A stretch of DNA of 64,000 bases from positions 1 through 64,000 of the forward strand of contig CAWBMP010000005.1 in NCBI GenBank assembly GCA_963790025.1, given 5' to 3'. The translations under genes and the position numbers were made by a program. Below are positions 30,083-40,738 of this stretch, in pieces. The stretch comes from Nitrospirota bacterium (lineage in GTDB: Bacteria > Nitrospirota > Thermodesulfovibrionia > Thermodesulfovibrionales > Dissulfurispiraceae). How positions within the stretch are numbered: the stretch's first letter is position 1; the number at the start of each line of letters is the position of its first letter. Under the pieces are notes generated by a model, which made no database searches, was not told where the DNA came from, and was given only the letters and a program-made list of their open reading frames with translations.

Positions 30083-31421
30083 TCCTCCTTTTCTGTAAAG
30101 CCTGCCTCAAGGCCCCTTTGACCGCATCCACACTGGGTGGTACCTCGATAGGTTTGTTCGCGAAACGGCAAGGGAACTCCAGTGAGCCTTCGTGGTAGCG
30201 AACCTTGAAGTCAGTGAATTTCAGTCCGTGAGCAGTGGAAATGACTACAACGCGCTCGGATTTATCTATTTTGCCTGCCTTGAGCAGCTTGATCATTGCA
30301 GCAAGTGCAACCCCGGTATGGGGGCAGTTGAACAGGCCCGCAGTGTCCCCCAGGGCAGCTGCGTCAGACAGTTCCTCTTCAGATGCCTGCTCGACGATGC
30401 CGTTAAATTGTTTCAGGGTCCGGATTGCCTTCTGAATGCTGACAGGATTGCCTATCTGGATGGCATTGGCCAGCGTTTTTTGGGCCTGAATCGGCTCGAA
30501 TGTTTCAAAACCTGTGAGATATGAGCGGTACAGGGGGTTTGCCCTTTCCGCCTGGGCAACTACGATGCGGGGCAGCGAATCGATAAGCCCGAGATCTTTC
30601 ATCATCAGCAGGCCGTTTCCGAGTGCCGAGACATTTCCGAGATTGCCGCCGGGAATGATGATCACATCCGGCAAGTTCCAATCGAACTGCTGACAGATTT
30701 CAATGCCGACGGTCTTTTGCCCCTCGATGCGCAACGAGTTCATTGAATTGGCGAGATAGATGGTCTCATCTTTGGTGATTTCCTGCACTACAGCCATGCA
30801 GCCGTCAAAATCGGTGTCGAGAGACAATACAAGGGAACCGTTCGCGATCGGCTGAATTAGCTGGGCGACTGATATTTTGCCTTTCGGCAAAAGCACGATG
30901 GACTGGATGCCGGCGGCCGCACAGTAAACCGCGAGTGCTGCGGAAGTATCGCCGGTCGATGCACATGCAACGGCCTGGATCGGCGCCCCCTTGCTTATCA
31001 TGTGCTTGACCTGGGACACCAGAACCGTCATCCCAAGGTCCTTGAACGAGCCGCTGTGTGAGTTGCCGCACAGCTTGATCCAGAGTTCGCTCATTCCCAA
31101 CATCTTACCGAAACGTTCAGCCCAGAAGAGGTTGGTGCCGCCTTCATAAAGCGAAACTATATTCTCATCGCTTATCTGGGGAAGGACCCATTCTTTTTTG
31201 CTCCACACGCCGGATCCGTAAGGCCACTCAGTGGATTTGTACCGGTCATCGAAGCGTTTCATCCATTCTTTTGAGCTGAACTCCGCGAGGGCCCGGATAT
31301 CATGCTTTACTTCCAGAAGCGAGCCGCAACTCCCGCAGCGATATATAATGGATTCCAAAGGATATGTAGCCCCGCATTGCGGGTCGATACATTGAAACCA
31401 TGCTCGATAAGACATAGGCAT
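30069..31421 (-). CDS. thrC: threonine synthase (plant-like)
   Basis: [12 protein letters not shown] lysine, [24 protein letters not shown]. Confidence 0.92.
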   Translation of the reverse strand: MPMSYRAWFQCIDPQCGATYPLESIIYRCGSCGSLLEVKHDIRALAEFSSKEWMKRFDDRYKSTEWPYGSGVWSKKEWVLPQISDENIVSLYEGGTNLFWAERFGKMLGMSELWIKLCGNSHSGSFKDLGMTVLVSQVKHMISKGAPIQAVACASTGDTSAALAVYCAAAGIQSIVLLPKGKISVAQLIQPIANGSLVLSLDTDFDGCMAVVQEITKDETIYLANSMNSLRIEGQKTVGIEICQQFDWNLPDVIIIPGGNLGNVSALGNGLLMMKDLGLIDSLPRIVVAQAERANPLYRSYLTGFETFEPIQAQKTLANAIQIGNPVSIQKAIRTLKQFNGIVEQASEEELSDAAALGDTAGLFNCPHTGVALAAMIKLLKAGKIDKSERVVVISTAHGLKFTDFKVRYHEGSLEFPCRFANKPIEVPPSVDAVKGALRQALQKRRNADV

Positions 31422-31422
31422 C

Positions 31423-32019
31423 CTAAGGTTTTTCCATGATCTTTACTTTTATTTCGATGCGTTCGTCAGGATTGTCCATCCTGTCCCTTGGCTGACTCAC
31501 AATTTTATCGGCCACTTCCATTCCTGTTACTGCCTCACCGAAAACGGTATACTGTCTGTCGAGAAAGGGTGAATCCTTTACGCAGATGAAGAACTGCGAA
31601 CCGGCGCTGTCCGGGCTGGCGGCCCTTGCCATTGAAAGCGTTCCCCTTTTATGGGGTTTGCTGTTGAATTCAGCTTTTAGCTCGTATCCCGGCCCGCCTG
31701 TGCCGTGTTCCGATTTGTCCGGGTTTTTTGAATTGGGATCTCCACCCTGGATCATAAACCCCGGTATTACACGGTGAAAGGTGGTACCGTCATAAAAGCC
31801 TTTTTTTGCAAGTTCAATGAAATTGTTGACGTGATTAGGTGCGACATCAGGGAAGAACCTTATTTCAATATTCCCGAATTTTGTTTCGATAATCGCTTTT
31901 GTATCGGCCATTTTCTTAATCTCCTGGTTAGTGAATTTTTTGTGTCTTATTTCGGCGTAAGCTGAAGCGGCAAGGGCCAGCGCCAGCAGAAGGATAAATG
32001 ATACTTTAATCGATTTCAA
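31423..32019 (-). CDS. cyclophilin-type peptidyl-prolyl isomerase
   Basis: [31 protein letters not shown] start at 32019 after GGAGG gives a signal peptide. Confidence 0.9.
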   Translation of the reverse strand: MKSIKVSFILLLALALAASAYAEIRHKKFTNQEIKKMADTKAIIETKFGNIEIRFFPDVAPNHVNNFIELAKKGFYDGTTFHRVIPGFMIQGGDPNSKNPDKSEHGTGGPGYELKAEFNSKPHKRGTLSMARAASPDSAGSQFFICVKDSPFLDRQYTVFGEAVTGMEVADKIVSQPRDRMDNPDERIEIKVKIMEKP

Positions 32020-32106
32020 AAGTACCTCCCCGGGAATTAATAGAGTAGTATTATTGCATAATTGCGGTTCTTTCACAACTTCATCTTCTACATGCTCCTG
32101 TTAGCT

Positions 32107-33228
32107 TCACTCGCAAATCACATAAGGTCTGGTTTTTTCGAGTCTTTTGCCTTTCAGTCCCAAATCTTCAAGGCGCATTATTCTCCCTTCCCTCCGCTGT
32201 TTGAGTATTCTTGCAACTGTTGCCGGTCCCAGACCGGGCACTCTCAGCAGGAACTCCCTGTCAGCCGTGTTGATCTTCACGGGGTATAACTCAGGATGGC
32301 TGGTGACCCATAGTTCCTTAGGATCTTTGTCGAGCCGGAGATTGCCGCTTGTGTCCATAAGAATGTCCCCTGATTCGAAGCCGTATTTACGGATAAGAAA
32401 ATCGACCTGATACAGGCGGTGTTCGCGCATAAACACCTCTTCCGGACTTGTCAGGAAATTTTTCTCTCCCGGAATGTCCGGATGCCCCAGGCCCTTCTGG
32501 TATGCGGAAAAATAAACGCGCTGGAATTTAAGACGACGGTAGAAACGAAACATATAATCCACGATCTCCGAGTCGGTCTCATCCGAGGCCCCCACAATGA
32601 ACTGGGAAGTGCATTTGACCCGCGAAAACCTTGTGCCCCGGTCGGTGAGCCTGCTCATGAGCTTCAAGGGGCGGACGATGTCGTTCAGGTAATCCTTTTT
32701 ATTCGAAAGCAGGTCAAAGCGTTTTTTCCCCGGTGTCTCGATATTGAGGGATACGGCGCTTGCAAGCGAGACGGAATCCTCGATTGCGGCATCTGAAGCG
32801 CCCGGGATGATTTTCAGGTGTATGTAACCTTTGAATTGATGCTTATACCTGAGCAGACTTGCAACAGCGTTGATTTTGTCCATGGTATAGTCGGCACTAT
32901 TCATGACGCCGGAACTCAGGAACAAGCCGAAGACCTTTTTCTTGCGTACATATTCCATGAATATGGAGGCCACTTCTTCGGGCTGGAGAGTGCAGCGCCT
33001 TACATTAGTTTCAGAGCGCAGAGGGCAGTATTTGCAGTCGTTTTTGCAAGCATTCGAAAGAAGAGTTTTCAAAAGGACGGAATAGCCGCCCTGCGGCAGA
33101 GAAACAGGATAAAGCCATTTCCCGTCGAGCCCTCTCTTGCGGCGGTCGTTCTCGTTAGTGCCGCATGCGCAGGCAAGATCATACTGAGAATCCTCGGAGA
33201 GCACCCTGAGCTTTTCTGTGGTGTCCAT
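32107..33228 (-). CDS. putative DNA modification/repair radical SAM protein (TIGR03916-like)
   Basis: CKNDCKYC, GLFLSSG, GYIHLKIIPGA, REHRLYQ.DFL and a C-terminal HhH LLRVPGLG. Confidence 0.85.
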   Translation of the reverse strand: MDTTEKLRVLSEDSQYDLACACGTNENDRRKRGLDGKWLYPVSLPQGGYSVLLKTLLSNACKNDCKYCPLRSETNVRRCTLQPEEVASIFMEYVRKKKVFGLFLSSGVMNSADYTMDKINAVASLLRYKHQFKGYIHLKIIPGASDAAIEDSVSLASAVSLNIETPGKKRFDLLSNKKDYLNDIVRPLKLMSRLTDRGTRFSRVKCTSQFIVGASDETDSEIVDYMFRFYRRLKFQRVYFSAYQKGLGHPDIPGEKNFLTSPEEVFMREHRLYQVDFLIRKYGFESGDILMDTSGNLRLDKDPKELWVTSHPELYPVKINTADREFLLRVPGLGPATVARILKQRREGRIMRLEDLGLKGKRLEKTRPYVICE

Positions 33229-33328
33229 GATTAAAAATTATATCATAGTCATAGAAAACCACAGCTGTGATTATGCTAAAATAAATGTGGCCAATAAATA
33301 TGAAGAACACTCACCAGAGGGTTTGAAA

Positions 33329-34057
33329 ATGACAGTGCCAAAAGATATGAACGATGTCGTGCTTAATCCGCAGCAGCAGGCATCCCCTATGAAGAAGCTT
33401 CTTTCCAAAAGCGCCCAGATTACCGGTGGCGGTCCTTTCGATATGTTGCTTGCTGCGTCAATGGCCCAGGTTGAGGGCCAGGCAGGACTTCTGCACAGTC
33501 GCTTGGACCAATCCCCTCAGGGGTCTCTTCCTTCTACGGTTGACAAAAGCGACGACAGCAGGTTCAAAAATATACTTGCCACTGTTCTTAAGCATGAGGG
33601 GAGAACCTACGTGCAAAAAGACGGCTCCGAGTCCTCCAGGTTCGGGATACTGCAGTCAACGGCAGGAGCATTCGGCTACAAGGGAAATGTTAAAAACATG
33701 TCCAGGGCACAGGCAGAAGCTATCTATAAGAAAATATGGGCCAAATCAGGGTCTGCGTCATTGCCTTATCCGTTGAGCCTTGTGCACTTTGATACTTATG
33801 TGAACAGCCCTGCAGCTGCCATGAAGCTGTTGAATAAATCGGGTGGAAACGCAGAGACATATCTTGCAATGAGAGCGCGGCGTTATTCCCGTCTGGCAGA
33901 ACTCAGACCCGAACGGTACGGCAGGTACCTGAAGGGATGGATGAAAAGAATCGCAGATCTCCGCAATATTACCGCCGAGCACACTGTTATCAGCCGTTTC
34001 GCGCAGAATGATATTTTGCCTGCTGACGGGACCAAAAATAGCATTATAAAGGCATGA
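33329..34057 (+). CDS. glycoside hydrolase family 108-like muramidase
   Basis: VLKHEG..., FGI, A.AIY...W, FDT.VN, GW..R pattern. Confidence 0.65.
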   Translation: MTVPKDMNDVVLNPQQQASPMKKLLSKSAQITGGGPFDMLLAASMAQVEGQAGLLHSRLDQSPQGSLPSTVDKSDDSRFKNILATVLKHEGRTYVQKDGSESSRFGILQSTAGAFGYKGNVKNMSRAQAEAIYKKIWAKSGSASLPYPLSLVHFDTYVNSPAAAMKLLNKSGGNAETYLAMRARRYSRLAELRPERYGRYLKGWMKRIADLRNITAEHTVISRFAQNDILPADGTKNSIIKA

Positions 34058-34115
34058 CTTGTTTTGCCTTTCGGACGGTGCTATTATTGGGTATTAACTA
34101 TCATTGGGGGACAAC

Positions 34116-34370
34116 ATGAATCTGCATGACGAAATTGCAAAGGTTGCACATGAGCTGTATGAGAGGAGCGGATGTGTAGCGGGTTGTGATCGGGAGAACT
34201 GGCTGGAAGCGGAGCGGATCGTAAAAGCCCGCCTGGCACAAAAGAGTAGCGGTCCTGCAACGGAGGGGCCGGAAAAGAAGCCAAAAAAGAAGCAGGCAGG
34301 CCAGGCAAGCCTGAAGAAGACTGCAGGGGCCAAAAAAACTCCCGCAAAGAGGAGCTCTAAGACCAAATAA
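34116..34370 (+). CDS. DUF2934-domain protein with a basic tail
   Basis: EIAKVAHELYE..G...D.ENWLEAE. Confidence 0.85.
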   Translation: MNLHDEIAKVAHELYERSGCVAGCDRENWLEAERIVKARLAQKSSGPATEGPEKKPKKKQAGQASLKKTAGAKKTPAKRSSKTK

Positions 34371-34382
34371 ACAGGACGATGT

Positions 34383-35393
34383 ATGTTTGAGGCCAGGCTT
34401 TACGAAAAGCTTGAAGGAGGAAAGGTAAAATGCTTCCTCTGCCCTCAGTACTGTATCATTTCTCCGGGCAAGCGTGGTATTTGCGGGGTCAGGGAAAACA
34501 GTGAGGGGACCCTTTATACCCTGGTGTATGGCAGGGTTGCTGCGAAGCATGTCGACCCCATAGAGAAAAAACCGCTTTTCCATTTTTATCCCGGTTCGCA
34601 TTCATTTTCAATTTCCACAGTCGGTTGCAATTTCAGGTGTCTCCACTGCCAGAATTTCAATTTATCGCAATATCCGAAACATAACAAGGATGTTCCCGGT
34701 GAAGAAATGTCTCCGGAAGACGTTGTCGAAGAGGCTGTGCTCGCAGGATGCGAAAGCATATCATACACCTATACTGAGCCAACTATTTTCTTTGAGTTTG
34801 CCTATGATTGTGCTCGTCTTGCCCATAAGAAGGGGATCAGGAATGTGTTTGTCAGCAACGGCTATACAAGCCCTGATGCCATACGTCTTATTGCGCCCTA
34901 CCTTGATGCCAACAATATTGATTTAAAGGGAGATGATGCCTTTTATAAGAAAGTAGTAGGGGCAAAACTGCAGCCAGTGCTCGACACTATTAAGCTGATG
35001 AGGGAATTGGGGGTCTGGGTCGAAGTGACCACACTTATTATTCCTGATTATAACGATTCCGATGAGTTTCTGACATTCACCGCTGCTTTCATAAAGTCAG
35101 TCGATGCCGCCATCCCCTGGCACGTGAGCCAGTTCTATCCGACCTATCAACTGAGAGATAAGCCAAGGACGCCTTTGAGCACATTGAAAAGAGCGCGTGA
35201 TATTGGTCTGAGGAGCGGCTTGAAATACGTCTACGAGGGCAATGTCCCAGGAGCGGGGGGCGAGAATACGGTGTGCCCGTCCTGCGGTGAGTTGCTGATA
35301 GAACGGATGGGCTATGTGCTGACGCAAATTAATATGAAAGACTCTCATTGTAAAAAATGCGGCGCACGGATTGACGGCATCGGGATGCCGTAA
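34383..35393 (+). CDS. amrS: AmmeMemoRadiSam radical SAM enzyme
   Basis: DPIEKKPLFHFYPG, CNFRCLHCQN, YTYTEPT, C-terminal CxxC pairs. Confidence 0.92.
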   Translation: MFEARLYEKLEGGKVKCFLCPQYCIISPGKRGICGVRENSEGTLYTLVYGRVAAKHVDPIEKKPLFHFYPGSHSFSISTVGCNFRCLHCQNFNLSQYPKHNKDVPGEEMSPEDVVEEAVLAGCESISYTYTEPTIFFEFAYDCARLAHKKGIRNVFVSNGYTSPDAIRLIAPYLDANNIDLKGDDAFYKKVVGAKLQPVLDTIKLMRELGVWVEVTTLIIPDYNDSDEFLTFTAAFIKSVDAAIPWHVSQFYPTYQLRDKPRTPLSTLKRARDIGLRSGLKYVYEGNVPGAGGENTVCPSCGELLIERMGYVLTQINMKDSHCKKCGARIDGIGMP

Positions 35394-35410
35394 GTGTTAT
35401 AATTGGCATT

Positions 35411-36796
35411 ATGGCTGATGAGTACAGAGTCGAAATGGACAGCATGGGGGAGATAAGGGTCCCTGCCGATGCATATTGGGGGGCACAAACGCAGCGGGCC
35501 ATCGAGAATTTTGTCATAGACTGTCTGACTTTGCCTGAGATATTTATACGCTCCGTAGCCACCATAAAGTATGCTGCTGCGGTCACAAATACGTCCCTGG
35601 GATTGCTGAAGTCTGAACACGGCGATGCCATACTCAGGGCATGCAGTGAAGTCATGGAAGGCAGACTTAAAGGGCAATTCCCCCTCGGAGTTTTTCAGAC
35701 AGGGAGCGGGACATCCACCAATATGAATGTAAATGAGGTGGTGGCGACGAGGGCCAATGAATTGCTTACCGGGAAAAAGCTTACTACCGCACCGGTGCAT
35801 CCTAATGACCACGTGAACATTGGCCAATCTTCCAATGATGTCATTCCTTCGGCAATCCGTATTTCGGCGTATCTTGAACTTACTAATACCCTGCTGCCCG
35901 CGCTAAGGCATTTGTTAGATGTTATGTCTGAAAAGCAACAGGAGTACAACACCGTGGTAAAGACAGGGAGAACTCATCTGATGGATGCAGTCCCTGTGAC
36001 TTTTGGCCAGGAAATATCCGGATGGGCCACACAAATCAGGCTTGGCATAGACAGAATAGAAAGCGTCCTGCCCAGACTTGCGGAGTTGCCCATCGGCGGG
36101 ACTGCTGTGGGGACCGGACTGAATGCCCCACGTGGATTCAGCGAAGGGGTAGTCAGGGTGATCGGTGACATGACCGGGTTATCTTTTGAAACGTCCCGTA
36201 ACAATTTTGAGGCACAGGCCTCAATGGATATCGCTGCAGAGCTTTCAGGGCAGTTGAAGACTGTTGCTGCAGGCATAATGAAGATAACAAGCGATTTAAG
36301 GCTCATGAACAGCGGTCCTCAGTCGGGGCTTGCTGAAATAAAGTTGCCGGCTTTGCAACCCGGTTCTTCGATCATGCCCGGTAAGATTAACCCTGTAATA
36401 CCCGAGGCGGCCAGAATGGCATGTGCCCGTGTGCTTGGCAACGATGCCACTATTACAGTCTCCTGCTCTCTTGGTGAATTCGAGTTGAATACTCTGCTGC
36501 CCGTGATCGGACATACGCTCCTGGAATCAATTGAGATTATGTCGCACGCGATCCATCTGCTTGCGGACAAGGCAATCAGGGGCATGGTGGTCAACAGTGT
36601 GCATATTCAGAAATTGCTCAAAAAAAACCCGATGATCGCCACGGCTCTCGTGCCGGTCCTCGGGTATGAAAAGACAGCCGGGATAATAATGAAGGCGCTC
36701 GATGAAGACCGGAATATCAGGGAAGTCGTCCTCGAATCCGGCCTCCTGTCTGAACAAGAGGCTGATGCGTACCTTGATATAAATAAGATGGTATAA
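35411..36796 (+). CDS. fumC: class II fumarate hydratase
   Basis: WGAQTQR, QTGSGTS.NMN, GRTHLMDA, GSSIMPGKINP. Confidence 0.9.
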   Translation: MADEYRVEMDSMGEIRVPADAYWGAQTQRAIENFVIDCLTLPEIFIRSVATIKYAAAVTNTSLGLLKSEHGDAILRACSEVMEGRLKGQFPLGVFQTGSGTSTNMNVNEVVATRANELLTGKKLTTAPVHPNDHVNIGQSSNDVIPSAIRISAYLELTNTLLPALRHLLDVMSEKQQEYNTVVKTGRTHLMDAVPVTFGQEISGWATQIRLGIDRIESVLPRLAELPIGGTAVGTGLNAPRGFSEGVVRVIGDMTGLSFETSRNNFEAQASMDIAAELSGQLKTVAAGIMKITSDLRLMNSGPQSGLAEIKLPALQPGSSIMPGKINPVIPEAARMACARVLGNDATITVSCSLGEFELNTLLPVIGHTLLESIEIMSHAIHLLADKAIRGMVVNSVHIQKLLKKNPMIATALVPVLGYEKTAGIIMKALDEDRNIREVVLESGLLSEQEADAYLDINKMV

Positions 36797-37321
36797 ATGG
36801 GTAACGTAATACAATTAATTAAAAAAGCCTTTGCAGGAAAAAAAGAAGCGGGGATTACCGTGTTGCAGGTGCTTGGCTCGCTCCCGGAAGACTATATAGT
36901 CTTCAGCACTATCCTGTACGACAACAACGAAATCAACCATGTGGTCTTCAGCAAGAGGCAGGGACTGTTCCTCATAAACGTGGTGGCTGATAAAGGAACT
37001 GTTTCTTATGACGGATCACTCTTGCATATAAATAACAAGCCGCGGTCGGATGCCATAAAAAAAACGCTGAAAGATACGTTCTGGCTGAAATCGACTGTCC
37101 GTGAACGTATCGGGCTCGACGTGCCCATTACTCCCATTGTCGTATTCGAACATGCCAGGATAAATGTCAGCGGATTGGTGGTGGGTGTCGCTGTGAAAGG
37201 AAGCGGAGACCTGCTGAACATGGTACTCAATGCCCCGGAGAAGAAAATACTCGAGGAAGGAGTGCTTATTGTATTAAGAGAGTTGCACGGTATGCGCACG
37301 ATCAGCTACAGGAAATTGTGA
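36797..37321 (+). CDS. NERD-like nuclease-related domain protein
   Basis: L..LP..Y.V...EINHVV....GLFLINV pattern; the usual D and ExK catalytic residues look substituted. Confidence 0.55.
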   Translation: MGNVIQLIKKAFAGKKEAGITVLQVLGSLPEDYIVFSTILYDNNEINHVVFSKRQGLFLINVVADKGTVSYDGSLLHINNKPRSDAIKKTLKDTFWLKSTVRERIGLDVPITPIVVFEHARINVSGLVVGVAVKGSGDLLNMVLNAPEKKILEEGVLIVLRELHGMRTISYRKL

Positions 37322-38019
37322 TGGAAATATCTGCGAGCAGTTATAAACTTGTGAAGACAGCCGCAATAGTTGTTAACTTGTTAACGGCAATTCTTATTAT
37401 TATATCGCTTCCGGTCAACGGTGTGGCACTCACACCTTGCAGGTTAACGGACCAGGCCAAGCCGGATAAACCTTCCAGGCCTTCCAGGGCTGTTTTCCTC
37501 GTCGCGGACAAACACATCATGGATTCCATTTTCAGGGAAACGGTCATTTTTTTAATATCACACGATCAGAATGGCGCGATGGGAGTAATAATCAACCGGC
37601 CTTCTGATATAGCGCTTTTTTCTGTATTACCGGACATTAAGGGATTGCAGCAGAGAAATGATTCGTTGTATGTGGGGGGACCGGTTGCCATGAACAGATT
37701 GCTTATACTCATACAATCCGGTAGTTTACCCGAGGCCTCGGTTCAGTTGTCCGATAACGTGTACCTCAGTGCCGGCAGTGAAGCCCTGAAACGCATAGTC
37801 GACAGCCCGAGGGGAGATGAAAGGTTTCGGGTGTATGCCGGTTACGCCGGTTGGGCGCCCGGCCAGCTTGAACAGGAAATTTCCCGAAGCGACTGGCATA
37901 TAATGGAAGCGGATTCGACAGTCATATTCGATAAGGCAGCTTCGTCCATCTGGCCGGAACTCAATAAAATGAAACCGGCAATGGAAGTGAACTCAAGAAT
38001 ACTCCCGTTCTTCTTCTGA
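37318..38019 (+). CDS. YqgE/AlgH (DUF179) family protein with a hydrophobic N-terminus
   Basis: GAMGVIINRP, GGPV, GYAGWAPGQLEQEI...W. Confidence 0.85.
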   Translation: MMEISASSYKLVKTAAIVVNLLTAILIIISLPVNGVALTPCRLTDQAKPDKPSRPSRAVFLVADKHIMDSIFRETVIFLISHDQNGAMGVIINRPSDIALFSVLPDIKGLQQRNDSLYVGGPVAMNRLLILIQSGSLPEASVQLSDNVYLSAGSEALKRIVDSPRGDERFRVYAGYAGWAPGQLEQEISRSDWHIMEADSTVIFDKAASSIWPELNKMKPAMEVNSRILPFFF

Positions 38020-38119
38020 TTTGTAATCATGGGGTCAGGTCCACTATTTACCTTTCCCCACATTCTCGACTGATGGCTCATTTGTTTACTTAATAATGTA
38101 ACAGTGTTTAATGCCTGCT

Positions 38120-39742
38120 CTAAACCTTGAATTGGCTTACCACTGTTTGTAACTCCGTAGCCAGCCTGGCAAGATCAGATGAGGACTGGGCTATCTGTCC
38201 ACCACCGGCTGATATCTCTTTGGATCCCTCGGCGATGCTCTGGATATCTGAACTGATGGTTTCGGAAACCGATGACATCTCTTCAGTAGACGATGCTATC
38301 TGCTGGACCATCGACTGAAGAGTATTAACACTTTTCACGATATTGCCAAGAACATCTCCAGCTTTCAGGCTATATTCAACCCCACTTTCTACTCTTGTGC
38401 TAGAATTGCTCATCGAAACCGCCGCCTTCTCCACTTCCTTCTGGATTGCCTGAATCATGGTGTTTATTTGAGAGGTAGCCTGAGATGTGCGTTCAGCTAA
38501 TTTTCTAACTTCGTCTGCTACAACAGCGAAGCCACGGCCCTGCTCCCCTGCTCGTGCAGCTTCGATGGCGGCATTCAGGGCCAAAAGGTTTGTCTGGTCC
38601 GCAATGTCCTTGATGACATCAACAATATTTCCTATTTCTTTTGAGTTGCTGCCGAGCCGATGCATTACCTCAGATGATTCTGCTACGGTTGCAGCAATGG
38701 CCTGAACTTCCTGCACTGATTGATTGACTACTGATTCCCCTCCCTGTGCCTCGCGAAATGTCTCTGTTGAAATGTCTGCTATATTCGAGGCATTTTTTGC
38801 AACATCAACAACAGTCTGGGACATTTCCTCGGTGGCAGTCGCAATCTGGTTTGAGCGGTTTGCCTGTCCGTCCATGCCCCTCGATATCTCTTCAGCACTG
38901 GCGCTCAATTGATTGCTTCCCGACGCCAGATTGTCCGATACATACTTGATTTTAGCAATGAGCTCACGCAGACTATTGACCATAATACCCATAGCAGCCA
39001 TTAATCTGCCGACTTCATCGTCAGACTTCATAGATATCGTTGCAGTAAGATCCCCTGCCGCAAGGCGATTAGCTACAGATATTCCTTCTTGAAGTGGCCC
39101 GGTTATGCTCTTCATAATCAGCAAGGATATTCCAATCGCCAATAGGATTGCGATAACAAGCAGCACAACAACTACCAACTGGGCCTTCTGCACCTCTGCA
39201 GATGCGCTCCTGCCGGATTCGTCCATTAGATGTCCCTGAAACTTCACAAATGCATCAACGGCTTCAAAATAAGCGGTTTGAGAACTGCGAAAAGTCGTAA
39301 CTAAAAACTGGCCGGCTTCTTTTTTCTTGCCTTGTTTGATTAAATCCACAACCTTGATCTGGTCTTCCTTACATGCAGCTCTTTTTGACTTAACGTCACT
39401 TAACAACATCTTGCCTTTTTCAGTCTTAATCATATTTTCAAGTTTACCCAAAATATCTGTTACTTTATTACCAGCTTCATTTACCCTATCCAGCTCTTTC
39501 TGCATGGTCTGGGGGTCATCATCAATAACAGCGTTTCTGAGTGCCCTGGCTACAATATTGATGTTGACGGTCACCTCGTCCAACTGTTGAGCTTTGGGCC
39601 AACGGTCATACACTACAACGTCAACTTGATGCCCTATTCCACGAATATATACTACAGAAACCGCACCGAGCAGAAGCGCCAAAAGCAGCACAATTCCAAA
39701 ACCGGCAAACAACCTTGTTTTGATTGTCAGACGATTTAACAT
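38120..39742 (-). CDS. methyl-accepting chemotaxis protein (four-helix sensor, HAMP)
   Basis: [38 protein letters not shown]; two TM helices; AGGAG SD. Confidence 0.95.
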   Translation of the reverse strand: MLNRLTIKTRLFAGFGIVLLLALLLGAVSVVYIRGIGHQVDVVVYDRWPKAQQLDEVTVNINIVARALRNAVIDDDPQTMQKELDRVNEAGNKVTDILGKLENMIKTEKGKMLLSDVKSKRAACKEDQIKVVDLIKQGKKKEAGQFLVTTFRSSQTAYFEAVDAFVKFQGHLMDESGRSASAEVQKAQLVVVVLLVIAILLAIGISLLIMKSITGPLQEGISVANRLAAGDLTATISMKSDDEVGRLMAAMGIMVNSLRELIAKIKYVSDNLASGSNQLSASAEEISRGMDGQANRSNQIATATEEMSQTVVDVAKNASNIADISTETFREAQGGESVVNQSVQEVQAIAATVAESSEVMHRLGSNSKEIGNIVDVIKDIADQTNLLALNAAIEAARAGEQGRGFAVVADEVRKLAERTSQATSQINTMIQAIQKEVEKAAVSMSNSSTRVESGVEYSLKAGDVLGNIVKSVNTLQSMVQQIASSTEEMSSVSETISSDIQSIAEGSKEISAGGGQIAQSSSDLARLATELQTVVSQFKV

Positions 39743-40081
39743 AGTTGCTCTCCTTTTCGTAAAGCGACCTGCTGTAAAGAAATCATAATGATAGTCGATC
39801 AAACAAATTATTATGATTTCATATGCCTGTCACAATCGATACGTTTAATCTAACTTTACAACTTCTATTTGTATATACGTATGTCTACGTAGTTCGCAAT
39901 AATTTTTTTTGTTAGACCTATAAGATATAGTTATTTTAAAACAACACGAGATCAACCTGGCTGCTCTTCCGGACACTCTTTCATTGAGATCATTCGGCAA
40001 ATCCGGACTTGCTATCGCGTAAAAGATACAGGAATTAGCTATGTATTTGGCCGGCAATAAGTGTCTTCAACGGTCAAATAA

Positions 40082-40738
40082 TCACTCCTCAAGCGGCAAA
40101 ATGTTTTTTTGTATTGCGAAGCGTATGAGATCGGCCTGATTCTGGAGAGAGAGCTTGCGCATCATGTTGGCGCGATGTATCTCGACGGTTCGAGGACTGA
40201 TCGACAGGCGTGTAGCAATCACTGCGCTGCTCATGCCATTAGATACCATATGAAGAACATCTCGTTCACGTCTTGTCAGTGTATCCAGCGGATCTATTGA
40301 AGGGCTTTCCTTCGCCCGCACATAATCTTTGAGTACAACTTCGGAGATTGGTGAACTGAGGAACCTCCGCCCTACGACCACCTCACGTATTGCTCGAATA
40401 AGGTCGCCTCCTGACGAGTCCTTCAGGACATAACCCTCCGCACCATTATTGAATGCTTCGGCGACATATCCCTCATAACTATACATTGAGAGTATGATGA
40501 CGTGCGTCTGTGGAGAAACTTTCCTGACTCGCAGCGTTACTTCCATCCCATTTATCCCGGGCATCATCATATCAAGGACCAGAATATCCGGACACAGGGA
40601 ACGGACAATTTCAACTGTCTGAAGTCCGTCTTCGCACTCACCCACAATCTTAAAGTCCGGCTCTCGCTCAAGCAAGAGTCGGATTCCCTCCCTGACAATC
40701 CGATGGTCTTCCGCAAGGACAATCCTCATTTGTTTCAT
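40082..40738 (-). CDS. NarL/LuxR-family response regulator
   Basis: Receiver (EDH, LDMMMP) plus LT.RE..VL...S.RTVE.HR HTH. Confidence 0.93.
   Translation of the reverse strand: MKQMRIVLAEDHRIVREGIRLLLEREPDFKIVGECEDGLQTVEIVRSLCPDILVLDMMMPGINGMEVTLRVRKVSPQTHVIILSMYSYEGYVAEAFNNGAEGYVLKDSSGGDLIRAIREVVVGRRFLSSPISEVVLKDYVRAKESPSIDPLDTLTRRERDVLHMVSNGMSSAVIATRLSISPRTVEIHRANMMRKLSLQNQADLIRFAIQKNILPLEE

Noticed and set aside
39831..39860. Sigma-28 promoter for the MCP
   Set aside because: TAAAGTT is present, but the -10 match is poor and the spacing is off by one.
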